64,000 nucleotides of DNA, taken from NCBI GenBank assembly GCA_049288525.1, contig JBAQHW010000144.1, forward strand, positions 776 to 64,775, read 5' to 3'. Position numbers and translations under genes: made by a program. Each line of letters opens with the position of its first letter. The stretch's first letter is position 1. The notes under the pieces are model-generated. The model was not told the origin of the DNA, did not search any database, and saw nothing but the letters and a program-made list of their open reading frames with translations. Positions 20,731 to 30,466 of the stretch are shown here, in pieces. The stretch comes from Xanthobacteraceae bacterium. Its GTDB lineage: Bacteria > Pseudomonadota > Alphaproteobacteria > Rhizobiales > Xanthobacteraceae.

Positions 20731-21674
20731 TGCGTATTCTCGTGGTCGGCGCCGGCGCAATCGGCGGCTATTTCGGCGGCAGGCTGTTGCAGGCCGGCCG
20801 CGACGTGACTTTCCTGGTGCGGCCGCGCCGGGCAACGCAATTGGCGAAGACCGGTCTGGTGATCCGCAGTCCGGTCGGCGACGTCACCCTGTCCAACCCG
20901 CCGATCGTCATGGCGGACGCGATTTCCGCGCCTTACGATCTCGTCCTTCTCAGCAGCAAGGCCTATGACCTCGCCGGAGCCGCCGACTCTTTTGCACCGG
21001 CGCTTGGACCAGACAGCGCCATTTTGCCGTTGCTCAACGGCATGGCGCATCTGGATTACCTCAAGGGACGGTTCGGCAAGGACAAAGTGCTCGGCGGTCA
21101 ATGCGTGATATCGGCCACACTCGACGCCGAAGGCCGCGTCCTTCATCTGTTGGAGACGCACAGCCTCTCCTTTGGCGAATTGAACGGCGCCGTCTCAGCC
21201 CGCGCCGAGGCGATCGCCGCGGCCTTTGCGGGCGCCAAATTCGACCCCAGGCTGAGCACGGTGATCCTGCAGGAAATGTGGGAGAAATGGGTGTTCATCG
21301 CGGCGACCGCCGCGGCAACGTGCCTGATGCGCGCCACGGTGGGTGACATCGTTGCCGCCGACGCCGTCGATCTGCCGCAGCGGCTGTTCGACGAATGTGC
21401 GGCAATCGCCGCGGCACACGGGTTTGAGCCGCGCGAAGCGAGCCGCGCGCGCTCTCTGACCATGCTGACCACGCCAGGCTCCAGGCTGGCAGCCTCAATG
21501 CTGCGGGACATCGAGCACGGCGCGCCGATCGAAGCCGATCACATTGTCGGCGATTTGCTGCAGCGCGGCGCGAGCGTCGGCAAGGAGTCCCCGCTCCTGC
21601 GCATCGCCTATGCCCATTTAAAGGCCTACGAGGAGAGGCGTCGGCGCGAAAGCTGCGCCCCATCCGCGGCATGA
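20730..21674 (+). CDS. panE: 2-dehydropantoate 2-reductase (ketopantoate reductase, ApbA/PanE family)
   Basis: N-terminal Rossmann motif MRILVVGAGAIGGYFGG and a PanE-type C-terminal domain. TGATG overlap with the upstream gene. Confidence 0.8.
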   Translation: MRILVVGAGAIGGYFGGRLLQAGRDVTFLVRPRRATQLAKTGLVIRSPVGDVTLSNPPIVMADAISAPYDLVLLSSKAYDLAGAADSFAPALGPDSAILPLLNGMAHLDYLKGRFGKDKVLGGQCVISATLDAEGRVLHLLETHSLSFGELNGAVSARAEAIAAAFAGAKFDPRLSTVILQEMWEKWVFIAATAAATCLMRATVGDIVAADAVDLPQRLFDECAAIAAAHGFEPREASRARSLTMLTTPGSRLAASMLRDIEHGAPIEADHIVGDLLQRGASVGKESPLLRIAYAHLKAYEERRRRESCAPSAA

Positions 21675-21724
21675 TTGGAACTTTCGCCCTAACCCATTAT
21701 TATTCCGCATCAGGAGGGCGGAAA

Positions 21725-21964
21725 ATGGTCAAGGTCACTTATCGTATCGTCCGGCACGAGGACGGCTGGGCCTATCAGGTCGACGGGGTGTTTTCCGAAG
21801 CATTTCCGACGCACGATGCGGCTCGCAAAGCCGCGCAACGCGCCGCTCAGGAGCAACATGTGCCGGGCGACACCCGCACGATCTCGTGGGAAGACGAGAA
21901 CGGCAAATGGCACGAAGAGACAGCGCGCGGTGACGACCGGCCCGATACTGACGTCGAAGGCTGA
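21725..21964 (+). CDS. DUF2188-like small protein
   Basis: MVKVTYRIVRHEDGWAYQVDGVFSEAFPTHDAARKAAQRAAQEQ matches the DUF2188 pattern as I recall it. GGAGGG RBS upstream of ATG 21725. Confidence 0.6.
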   Translation: MVKVTYRIVRHEDGWAYQVDGVFSEAFPTHDAARKAAQRAAQEQHVPGDTRTISWEDENGKWHEETARGDDRPDTDVEG

Positions 21965-21985
21965 GCACACCCACGGGAAGCGACA

Positions 21986-23230
21986 ATGCTCGAAGCCTTT
22001 TCCGGGTGGACCAAAGAGCAAAAGCACGTTGTCGCCGCCAGCTTCCTGGGCTGGACGCTGGACGCTTTCGACTTCTTCCTCATGGTGTTTGTGCTGAAAG
22101 ATATCGCCCATGAGTTCAGCACTCAGATCGCCGATGTCACCATCGCCATTCTGCTGACCTTGGCGATGCGGCCGGTCGGCGCCTATATCTTCGGCCGCGC
22201 CGCCGACCGCTGGGGTCGCAGGCCGACCTTGATGGTCGACGTGCTGCTCTACTCGGCAATCGAGCTCGCATCCGGTTTCGCGCCGAATCTGATGACGCTT
22301 CTCATCCTGCGTGCCGTCTTCGGCATTGCCATGGGCGGCGAATGGGGCGTCGGTGCTTCGCTGACCATGGAATCGATTCCGCCGAAGGCGCGGGGTCTGG
22401 TGTCCGGTTTGCTGCAATCCGGCTATCCAACGGGCTATTTCCTCGCCTCGATCATTTACGGCCTGTTGTTTCAGTATATCGGCTGGCGCGGCATGTTCAT
22501 GGTCGGCGTCATACCGGCATTGCTAGTGTTCTACATCCGCCGCAGCGTTCCGGAATCGCCGACGTGGCGCCCGACAACGGCGCGTAGCGGCACCCTCGCC
22601 GTCATTCGCTCGCATTGGCAGCTCGGCATTTATGCCGTGCTGTTGATGACGGCATTCAATTTCTTCAGCCACGGCACCCAGGACCTTTATCCGACCTTCC
22701 TGCAGGTCCAGCACCACATGTCGCCGCATGAAACGAGCCTGATCGCGGTGATTTACAACATCGGGGCCATCATCGGCGGCCTGTCGTTCGGTTCGATGTC
22801 GGAGCGATTCGGCCGGCGGCGTATGATTATCATCGCCGCTGTGCTTTCGCTCTTTGTCCTGCCGCTGTGGGCCTTCGCCACGACCGCGATCTGGCTGGCG
22901 GTGGGCGCATTCCTGATGCAGGTCACGGTGCAAGGTGCCTGGGGCGTCATCCCCGCGCATCTGAATGAATTGTCGCCCGATGAAGCGCGCGGCACGTTTC
23001 CCGGCTTCGTCTACCAACTCGGCAATCTCATCGCTTCGGTCAACGCGACGCTGCAGGCCGAAATCGCCACGCATTACGGCGGCAACTACGCGATCGCACT
23101 TGCGACCGTTGCCGGCACGGTTGCGGTGGCAATCGTAGTCCTCAGCGCCATCGGCACCGAAGCGAAAGGCGTGGCATTCGGAAACGGCGGCTCCAGCGGC
23201 GGTCGCACCGCCCTAAATCCCGCTTTGTGA
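21986..23230 (+). CDS. MFS transporter (sugar-acid/sialate-like subfamily)
   Basis: 414 aa, 12 TM, with the MFS loop motif GRAADRWGRRP. Confidence 0.85.
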   Translation: MLEAFSGWTKEQKHVVAASFLGWTLDAFDFFLMVFVLKDIAHEFSTQIADVTIAILLTLAMRPVGAYIFGRAADRWGRRPTLMVDVLLYSAIELASGFAPNLMTLLILRAVFGIAMGGEWGVGASLTMESIPPKARGLVSGLLQSGYPTGYFLASIIYGLLFQYIGWRGMFMVGVIPALLVFYIRRSVPESPTWRPTTARSGTLAVIRSHWQLGIYAVLLMTAFNFFSHGTQDLYPTFLQVQHHMSPHETSLIAVIYNIGAIIGGLSFGSMSERFGRRRMIIIAAVLSLFVLPLWAFATTAIWLAVGAFLMQVTVQGAWGVIPAHLNELSPDEARGTFPGFVYQLGNLIASVNATLQAEIATHYGGNYAIALATVAGTVAVAIVVLSAIGTEAKGVAFGNGGSSGGRTALNPAL

Positions 23231-23300
23231 CGCGGTGTCGCAAAAGTCCTGTTGAACGGTCCGGTTGGCTTGTATCCTGTGGCCGGCTGGGACCGGAAGC

Positions 23301-24998
23301 ATGAACAGGAAAGACCCGCGCTACGTCGACACGGCGCTGAGCGGCTACGAGCTGCTCAACGACCCGCTGCTCAATAAAGGCACCGCCTTCAGCGAAGACG
23401 AGCGCGATGCCTTCGACCTGCATGGGCTCCTGCCGCCGCATGTCGCGGAGCTGGACTATCAGGTCAAACGCCGGCTCGATGCGTTCCGCGCCCTCGGCAG
23501 CGACATCCAGCGCTACGTGTTCCTGCGCGGCCTGCAGGATTCCAACGAAACCCTGTTCTACGCGCTCTTGACCCGAAATATCGAAGAGATGATGCCTGTC
23601 GTCTATACGCCGACCGTCGGCCTTGGCTGCGAGCTGTTCAGCCACATTTTCCGCAAACCGCGCGGCCTGTTTTTGAGCCTCCCGCACAAGGGGCTCATTC
23701 GCCGTATCCTCGATCATCCCCGCTTCGACGCCGTCGAAGCAATTGTCGTCAGCGACGGCGAACGCATTCTCGGCCTGGGCGACCAGGGCGCCGGCGGCAT
23801 GGGCATTCCGATCGGCAAGCTGTCCCTGTACACGGGCTGCGCCGGATTGCATCCCTCGACGACGCTGCCGATCCTTCTGGACGTAGGCACCGACAATGAG
23901 CAGCACCTCGCCGATCCGATTTATATTGGCTGGCAGCATGAGCGCGTGCGCGGCGATGCATACGACGACTTTATCGAGACTTTCGTGGCTGCGGTTCGCG
24001 AGCGCTGGCCGCACGTGCTACTGCACTGGGAGGATTTCGCGCTGCGCAATGCCAACCGCCTTTTGGCGCGCTATCGCGACAGCCTCTGCACCTTCAATGA
24101 CGACATTCAGGGCACGGCGGCGATTGCCGTGGGCACGCTGTTGAGCGCCATCAACATCACCGGTGTTGCGTTACGCGATCAGCGTATCGCCGTACTTGGT
24201 GGGGGCTCCGCCGGCACCGGCGTCTGCGCGCTACTCAAGCGTGCCATGGTCGAGACCGGCTTGAGCGAACGCGAGGCCTGCAGCCGCTTTTATATTGTCG
24301 ACCGGCAGGGATTGCTGGTCGAGGGCATGACCGATCTGCAATCGTTTCAAGCGCCGTTCGCGCAAAGCCGCGACGGCATCGCCGATTGGACGCTCGAATC
24401 GTCCGGCTGGATCGGCATTGCCGACGTCGTCGCCAATGCCCGGCCGACCGTGCTCATCGGCACCTCCGGCCAGCCCGGCGCATTTTCGCAAAGCGTGGTG
24501 CGCGCCATGGCCGAGAAGGTGCACCGGCCCATCATCTTCCCGCTGTCCAACCCGACGGACCGCGCCGAGGCTAATCCGCACGATCTCGACGCGTGGACGC
24601 AAGGACGCGCCGTCATCGGCACGGGCAGTCCGTTTCCGCCGCTTATGCGCAACGACAAGAGCTTCCGCGTCGATCAGACCAATAACGCCTACGTCTATCC
24701 GGGCATCGGGCTTGGCGCCATCGCCGCCGACGCGCGGCGTATCTCCGACGGCATGTTCCTCGCCGCCGCCAGAACCATCGCGGAATTTTCGCCGGCGGCG
24801 CAAGATGTGAATGCCAATCTCTTGCCGCCGCTTGTCGATATCCGCAGGCTCTCGTTCCGCGTGGCGCTCGCTGTCGCGAAACAGGCGCAGGCCGAGGGTC
24901 TCGCCGATCCGTTGCCGGACGAAATCCTGGCCGGTGCGGTGCGTAACAAAATGTGGGAGCCGCTCTATGCCCACTATCGGCGGCTCACCAGCGCTTGA
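23301..24998 (+). CDS. maeA: NAD-dependent malic enzyme
   Basis: LLNDPLLNKGTAFSEDERDAFDLHGLLPP is the N-terminal malic-enzyme signature. The NAD-binding segment VLGGGSAGTGV is present. Start taken at ATG 23301 (MNRKDPRY). Confidence 0.9.
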   Translation: MNRKDPRYVDTALSGYELLNDPLLNKGTAFSEDERDAFDLHGLLPPHVAELDYQVKRRLDAFRALGSDIQRYVFLRGLQDSNETLFYALLTRNIEEMMPVVYTPTVGLGCELFSHIFRKPRGLFLSLPHKGLIRRILDHPRFDAVEAIVVSDGERILGLGDQGAGGMGIPIGKLSLYTGCAGLHPSTTLPILLDVGTDNEQHLADPIYIGWQHERVRGDAYDDFIETFVAAVRERWPHVLLHWEDFALRNANRLLARYRDSLCTFNDDIQGTAAIAVGTLLSAINITGVALRDQRIAVLGGGSAGTGVCALLKRAMVETGLSEREACSRFYIVDRQGLLVEGMTDLQSFQAPFAQSRDGIADWTLESSGWIGIADVVANARPTVLIGTSGQPGAFSQSVVRAMAEKVHRPIIFPLSNPTDRAEANPHDLDAWTQGRAVIGTGSPFPPLMRNDKSFRVDQTNNAYVYPGIGLGAIAADARRISDGMFLAAARTIAEFSPAAQDVNANLLPPLVDIRRLSFRVALAVAKQAQAEGLADPLPDEILAGAVRNKMWEPLYAHYRRLTSA

Positions 24999-25178
24999 GC
25001 AATAAACCGGAAATCCCGCGAAAAGTGCGAAGTTGAGGATTTCGACGCGAAGAGATTACTCCAGTTTAGAATTGGAAGAATTATCGTCGGCAACCAAGAT
25101 GCATTTTTCGCTTGGCGCACGAATTTTAGCTTGCTAGCAAATTATTGAAATATATGTACTTTTTCATGGTTCTAAACT

Positions 25179-27569
25179 ATGCCCAGGTGGTTGTCGCGAT
25201 TGTTCGATGCGCAAATGGTGTGGCGCAACTTTCGCCATAACACTGCGATCTCCGCACTCGCCGTCGCGATCGGCTTGGCCGGCGTCCATAAGGTCTATGC
25301 GCAAGCGCAACAGCCGTCGACCTCGCAGGATCAAGAAGCTCCGGCGCAGCAGGTAACGCCGCAATCGTCCGTGACCGCACCCTCCGCCCCGCAAACTCCA
25401 GCCGCGGCTGCGGCGACCGCGGCGCCGACTGCGCCCGCCGCTCGTCGAAGCCAGTTGCCGCAAATCGTCGTGAGCGCGCCAAAGCAAAAGCCGAAGACCA
25501 TGCAACGGCGCACGCCGCCAGCACCGGCGACTGCAGCGGCAACAATTAATCCGACAACGGCCGCCGAAAGAGTTCTCGACGCCAAGATGACTGGGCTCGA
25601 TCAGGCCCGCAACAATCTGCTGCCCACTATTGGCGCTTCGACCTCCACCATCAGCCGCAGCGCGATCGAGAGATTGCCGCAAGGTGACAACACGCCGATC
25701 GACAAGGTTATCCTCCAACTGCCGGGCGTATCCTACGATTCGGCGGTCTCCAATCCTTCTTTCCATGTCCGCAGCGAATACGCCAACGTGCAAATCAGGA
25801 TCAACGGCGTCGTGGTGCCCGAGGGCGTTTCGGCGCTGGGTCCGTTCCTCGATACCAATTTCATCGGCAGCATGTCCCTTCTGACCGGAGCCTTGCCGGC
25901 GGAATATGGCTTGCGCACCGCCGGCGTGCTCGACATCACCAGCCGCGCCTTTGCCGCACCAGGCGGTGAAGTCAGCATTTATGGCGGCAGCCGGCAGACG
26001 TTCACGCCGAGCTTCGATTACGGCGGCGGCGTTGGCAACTCGGAATATTTCGTCAGCGCGCGTGGCAACTGGAACGGTCTCGGGCTGGAGAACCCGACGC
26101 CCGGCTTGAACGCGATCCACGACGAAACCCAGCAAGGCCAGTTCTTCGGTTATGCCTCGACGCTGCTCGACGAGTCGACCCGGTTCAGCGTGATCTCGAC
26201 GGCGTCCTACAGCGCGTTCCAGATTCCAAACACTCCCGGCCAGACACCGATGGGCGATTTTGGACCCGCGACTTTGGATTCAACGACGATCAACGAAAAC
26301 GAATACGACTCCTACTACATGACGATGGCGTCGCTGCAAAAGCACGGCACCGACGGCGATGCGCAACTCTCTGTCTTTTCGCGCTATGCCGAAGTTCACT
26401 TCGTCCCAGACATATTCAACGACTTAGCTTTCAACGACGTCGCCTCCGACGTCATACGGCAAAGCACGCTCACCGGCATGCAGGGCGATGGCTCCTACAT
26501 TGTGAATGACCAGCACACGCTGCGTGCCGGATTCGCGGTGACCGGAGAGCAGACCAATGTCACCAATGCGTCGACGGTGCTGCCGCTCGATGCCATGGGC
26601 AACCCACTACCGACCCCAGAAACCATCACCGACCAGACGTCACTGCTTGGCTGGAACATCGGTACTTATATTCAGGATGAATGGAAGGTTACCAACCAGA
26701 TCACTGTGAATACAGGGCTGCGCTTCGATCAACTATATCAGTTTGTCGATGCCAATCAGCTCAGTCCACGGTTCGCTGTTGTCTATAAGCCGTTCGACGG
26801 CACCACACTTCACGTTGGTTTTGCGCGCTATTTCACGCCGCCTTATCAGGCACAAGCCGCTGCATCCAATCTCGCTTTGTTTGCAAACACGACCAACGCG
26901 CCGCCGTTAACCACCTTGGACGATCCGGTGAAACCCGAACGCTCAAGCTATTACGACGTCGGCATCGACCAGACGGTGTTGCCCGGCCTTACCATGGGGC
27001 TCGACGGCTATTACAAGGATGCGCGAGACATGCTCGATGACGGCCAGTTCGGCTCAGCCCTCGTGCTAACCCAGTTCAATTATGCGCGGGGCTACAGCGA
27101 AGGCGGCGAATTCAAGCTGAAATATACTAACGGCAACTTCAATGCCTATGCCAATTTCACTTACGACATAACAAGAGCTATCGACGTAGAGTCGAATCAA
27201 TATCTCATCGAAGACGAGACCTACCTGAACAATTGGCATTACACAGACGACATGCAGCGCATGACCGGCTCGGCCGGCATGTCGTATCGCATCTACGATA
27301 CGACACTGACTGCGGACATGCTCTACGGCAGCGGCCTGCGTGACGGTGTCGATAATGACGGCCACGCGACGCCCTATGCCGTCGTCAACACGGGCATCGC
27401 ACACGATTTCACGTGGTCGCCAGACTACAAGCCGCTTACTGTGCGCTTCGATGTCGTCAACCTGTTCGATCAGATCTACGAGCTTCGCGACGGCACCGGC
27501 ATCGGCGAGTTCGCGCCGCAATATGGTGCGCGCCGCGGCTACTATGTCGGGCTATCGCAGAAACTCTGA
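25179..27569 (+). CDS. TonB-dependent outer-membrane receptor
   Basis: Signal peptide, an Ala/Pro/Thr/Gln-rich linker, a plug domain (IERLPQGDNTPIDKVILQLPGV), a beta-barrel and a C-terminal aromatic residue (GLSQKL end region, YYVGLSQKL). An alternative start is at 25215. Confidence 0.9.
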   Translation: MPRWLSRLFDAQMVWRNFRHNTAISALAVAIGLAGVHKVYAQAQQPSTSQDQEAPAQQVTPQSSVTAPSAPQTPAAAAATAAPTAPAARRSQLPQIVVSAPKQKPKTMQRRTPPAPATAAATINPTTAAERVLDAKMTGLDQARNNLLPTIGASTSTISRSAIERLPQGDNTPIDKVILQLPGVSYDSAVSNPSFHVRSEYANVQIRINGVVVPEGVSALGPFLDTNFIGSMSLLTGALPAEYGLRTAGVLDITSRAFAAPGGEVSIYGGSRQTFTPSFDYGGGVGNSEYFVSARGNWNGLGLENPTPGLNAIHDETQQGQFFGYASTLLDESTRFSVISTASYSAFQIPNTPGQTPMGDFGPATLDSTTINENEYDSYYMTMASLQKHGTDGDAQLSVFSRYAEVHFVPDIFNDLAFNDVASDVIRQSTLTGMQGDGSYIVNDQHTLRAGFAVTGEQTNVTNASTVLPLDAMGNPLPTPETITDQTSLLGWNIGTYIQDEWKVTNQITVNTGLRFDQLYQFVDANQLSPRFAVVYKPFDGTTLHVGFARYFTPPYQAQAAASNLALFANTTNAPPLTTLDDPVKPERSSYYDVGIDQTVLPGLTMGLDGYYKDARDMLDDGQFGSALVLTQFNYARGYSEGGEFKLKYTNGNFNAYANFTYDITRAIDVESNQYLIEDETYLNNWHYTDDMQRMTGSAGMSYRIYDTTLTADMLYGSGLRDGVDNDGHATPYAVVNTGIAHDFTWSPDYKPLTVRFDVVNLFDQIYELRDGTGIGEFAPQYGARRGYYVGLSQKL

Positions 27570-27785
27570 CGTACGAAAACCGAGGGGCGCTATTCCGGCG
27601 GCGAAATGCCGAAGACCGGCGGTGCCCCTCGTCCTGGCGTCATTGACCAGGGCGGCGCGGCCGGCCCGTGCCTGCAAACCAGGATAACAGGATCGTGCGG
27701 TTGGCCGGACCGCCGAATTAGAACAATATTTACCATACCGGAGGACGATCCCGGCCAGTCTAATTGGACAAGCCGGGATTTCCGC

Positions 27786-28958
27786 ATGCAGACATTCGTG
27801 CCCGCTGCCGCCGTCGAAAAGACCATCGTTCTGGGCGATCCTGTCCCCTGGTTCGGCGCTCCGCTCGTCGGCGATGGCGCCTTCAATCTCCAAGTCGCAG
27901 CCGGCCGCTGGATCGTGCTGAGCTTTCTCGGCTCGCCCGAAAATCCGCAGGTCGAGAGCGAGCTGACGCAGCTCCTCGCCGATACGCAAATCTTCGACGA
28001 GGACAAGGTCATATTCTGCGGCCTCTTTACCGCGCCGCCCGCCGATACGGCACCCTATATCGCGATGAGCGGCCCGGCGATTTCGTTTCTCGCCGATTAT
28101 GACGGCGCCATCAGCCGTCAGTTCGGCGCGGCGGCGATGCCGCGCACGATTGTGCTGGACCCGATGCTGCGCGCGGTCGCCGACATTGCGTGGGATCACG
28201 CCGACGGCCATGGCGCGACCGTAGGCGCGGTTTTGCAGGGCCTGCCCGCCGTCGATGATTCCGCCGGCGTGCCGCTCATGGCGCCGGCGCTGATCGTGCC
28301 GCGGGTCTTCGACTTCGAACTCTGCGACTTTCTCATCAATATCTATGACAAGCTTGGCGGCAAGGATTCGGGCTTCCTGTTCGACAATAACGGCGCCACA
28401 TCCACCGTGATCGACTACCGGGTCAAGCGGCGCAATGACCTGAGCATCCTGGTGCCTGAGGTGCGCGACCAGATCCGCGATCAGATCGTGCGCCGTCTCG
28501 TTCCGGCAATCGACCGGTTCTTTCAATTTTCGTCGACGCGGATGGATCGCTATATCGTCGCCTGCTACGACAGCGCCATCGGCGGGCATTTCTATCGCCA
28601 CCGCGACAACGTCAATATCGGCGCGCAGCATCGGCGCTTCGCCGTCACCGTCAATCTCAACAAGGACTATGACGGCTGCGATCTCGTGTTTCCCGAATTC
28701 GGCCGCCGCACCTATCGCGCGCCGGCGGGCGGCGCGATCGTATTCTCCTGCGGGGCGCTGCATCAGGTGACGCCGGTGACGCGCGGCACACGCTATGCCT
28801 TCCTCGCTTTTCTTTACGGCGAGGCTGATGCGGCGTTGCGTGAGAAAAACGACACAAAAATCGTGCAAAATGAATTCCGCTATGCCGGCACCAATTTTGG
28901 TTCCATGTCGGACCGACTGTTTCCGCAAGCCCCGATGCTCGAACAGCGCGCTGGCTAG
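27786..28958 (+). CDS. Fusion protein: Cys-less redoxin/AhpC-TSA-like N-terminal domain plus 2OG-Fe(II) oxygenase (prolyl-4-hydroxylase/PiuC-like) C-terminal domain
   Basis: The N-terminal ~170 aa have a redoxin-like pattern (WIVLSFLGSPENPQ...IVLDP) but no active-site Cys. The C-terminal part has the H-x-D...H facial triad context (FYRHRDN ... GGAIVFSCGALHQVTPVTRGTRYAF). Start set at ATG 27786. Confidence 0.7.
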   Translation: MQTFVPAAAVEKTIVLGDPVPWFGAPLVGDGAFNLQVAAGRWIVLSFLGSPENPQVESELTQLLADTQIFDEDKVIFCGLFTAPPADTAPYIAMSGPAISFLADYDGAISRQFGAAAMPRTIVLDPMLRAVADIAWDHADGHGATVGAVLQGLPAVDDSAGVPLMAPALIVPRVFDFELCDFLINIYDKLGGKDSGFLFDNNGATSTVIDYRVKRRNDLSILVPEVRDQIRDQIVRRLVPAIDRFFQFSSTRMDRYIVACYDSAIGGHFYRHRDNVNIGAQHRRFAVTVNLNKDYDGCDLVFPEFGRRTYRAPAGGAIVFSCGALHQVTPVTRGTRYAFLAFLYGEADAALREKNDTKIVQNEFRYAGTNFGSMSDRLFPQAPMLEQRAG

Positions 28959-29519
28959 CCTCGTCCGAAGCTCCTCAGAGCCATGGCTTCCTGGCCCGTC
29001 CACTAATATTCCTTGGCGACCAGAAGCGTTCAACTGGGACGCCCGGCGCGGTTCAGCGTGTAAATTTCGACGGCAAGACCGTATTTTGGTCCGCTCGTGC
29101 TCAACCGTTCACGCTCGAACTCCACGCATCATAGGTCCATCGGAACCGCTTCAGCCCCGGATTGGATTAATCGAGCAGCAATTCGAAAGCGCGACAGAAC
29201 GACGGGTCGGCAAAGCTTTTCATGATCGAAGCGTCCGTCAACTGAGAGTTTCCGTGCGGCCGATTCCCACACCGAACCCGCCTCAAACCTTGACAGAAAG
29301 CCGAGGTTGCCTCTATTCATACTGCAAGTGCTGAATTCGTTCAGCAAGGCGATGGAGTTCGCCTAAATTGCCCACAGGGCTGATGACTCCTTTCACCCTC
29401 GTTTGAAGGCGGAAGGAATTGTCGTTGAAATTTCCGATAGCGCTATCAAGCTGGACTGGCGCTGGTATGATTCTGCGCACTTGCCGCGGAAATCTTGCCT
29501 ATGTGCGGAGGTTCGCTTG

Positions 29520-30464
29520 ATGTTTCACGACATCATTTTGCAAATCTGCCAAGTGCTCGCCGTCTTGATGCTCTCGCCGCTGTTGCAAGGCGTCATCCTG
29601 CAGTTCGAGGAGCGAGTGCAGTTCGCGCAGGGCCCGGGCATTTTTCAGCCGTATCGCGACCTGTGGAAACTATTTCACAAGCAGATCGTGGTGCCGCAGA
29701 CCGCCTCCTGGATTTATTGGATCGCACCGTTCGTCGCCTTCACTGCGATGCTGACGGTGCCGATCCTGATCCCGGTCTTGACCGATTTTCCGCTGCCGCT
29801 GTCCGACATGGGCGACATTCTCGGCGGCGGACTGATCCTCACCCTCGGATCGTTCATGGTGGTGCTCGCCGGTCTCGACACCGGCAGCGCCTATGGCGGC
29901 ATCGGCTCAAGCCGCGCCGTGATGGTGGCGATTCTCGCCGAGCCGACGCTGATCCTGGTCTTTGTCGGCATTACGCTGCTGGCCAAGTCGATGTTACCGT
30001 TCGTTGTCAATCATCTCCTGGTCGGCAGTCCGGCGGTCTATTTTAGTCCCGCGCACCTCTTCCTGATCCTGGCCTTCTTCACCTTGCTCATCGTCGAGAC
30101 CGATCGGCTGCCGATCCATTCCAGCACGCACATCGAAGTCTACATGATCGAGGAAGGACGCATCCTCGAATATTCCGGCCCGTTGCTCGCCATCCTGCGC
30201 TGGGCCTCAATGATGAAGCAGTTCATCCTCTATACGATCTTTTGCAACGTGCTGCTCATTCCCTGGGGCCTGTCGCATCAAGGCAGCGCTGTCGGCGTCG
30301 TCGGCTCGATCGCTTCGCTGGCCGGCAAATTCCTCGTGGTCGCGATGGCTGTTGTCGTGGTCGAAACCGCGCAGTCGCGCCTGCGCTTCTATCGCTATCA
30401 GGAACTGCTGGCAGCATCTTTCGTCTTCGCCATTCTCGCCATTATCGGCACGCAATTGGTGTGA
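29520..30464 (+). CDS. HycD/HyfC/NuoH-like membrane subunit of a hydrogenase-like complex
   Basis: Aligns by eye with E. coli HycD along its length (QGPGIFQPYRDLWKLF; GLDTGSAYGGIGSSR; ETDRLP...EEGRILEYSG; SRLRF). Start set at ATG 29520. Confidence 0.85.
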   Translation: MFHDIILQICQVLAVLMLSPLLQGVILQFEERVQFAQGPGIFQPYRDLWKLFHKQIVVPQTASWIYWIAPFVAFTAMLTVPILIPVLTDFPLPLSDMGDILGGGLILTLGSFMVVLAGLDTGSAYGGIGSSRAVMVAILAEPTLILVFVGITLLAKSMLPFVVNHLLVGSPAVYFSPAHLFLILAFFTLLIVETDRLPIHSSTHIEVYMIEEGRILEYSGPLLAILRWASMMKQFILYTIFCNVLLIPWGLSHQGSAVGVVGSIASLAGKFLVVAMAVVVVETAQSRLRFYRYQELLAASFVFAILAIIGTQLV

Positions 30465-30466
30465 TC

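Noticed and set aside
25060-25178. Canonical Irr ICE box or Fur box upstream of the TonB receptor gene
   Set aside because: Only isolated half-site-like heptamers (TTTAGAA, TTCTAAA) about 100 bp apart and a short unrelated palindrome are present. There is no contiguous 17-19-bp match that I can defend.
28959-29519. ORFs 28795..29334 (+) and 29129..29347 (-) upstream of the Ehr-like operon, considered as possible genes or a decayed toxin-antitoxin/VOC-like gene
   Set aside because: The translations are fragmentary across frames, with no RBS, no recognisable motifs and mutual overlap. They may be a pseudogene remnant, but I cannot support any call from sequence alone.
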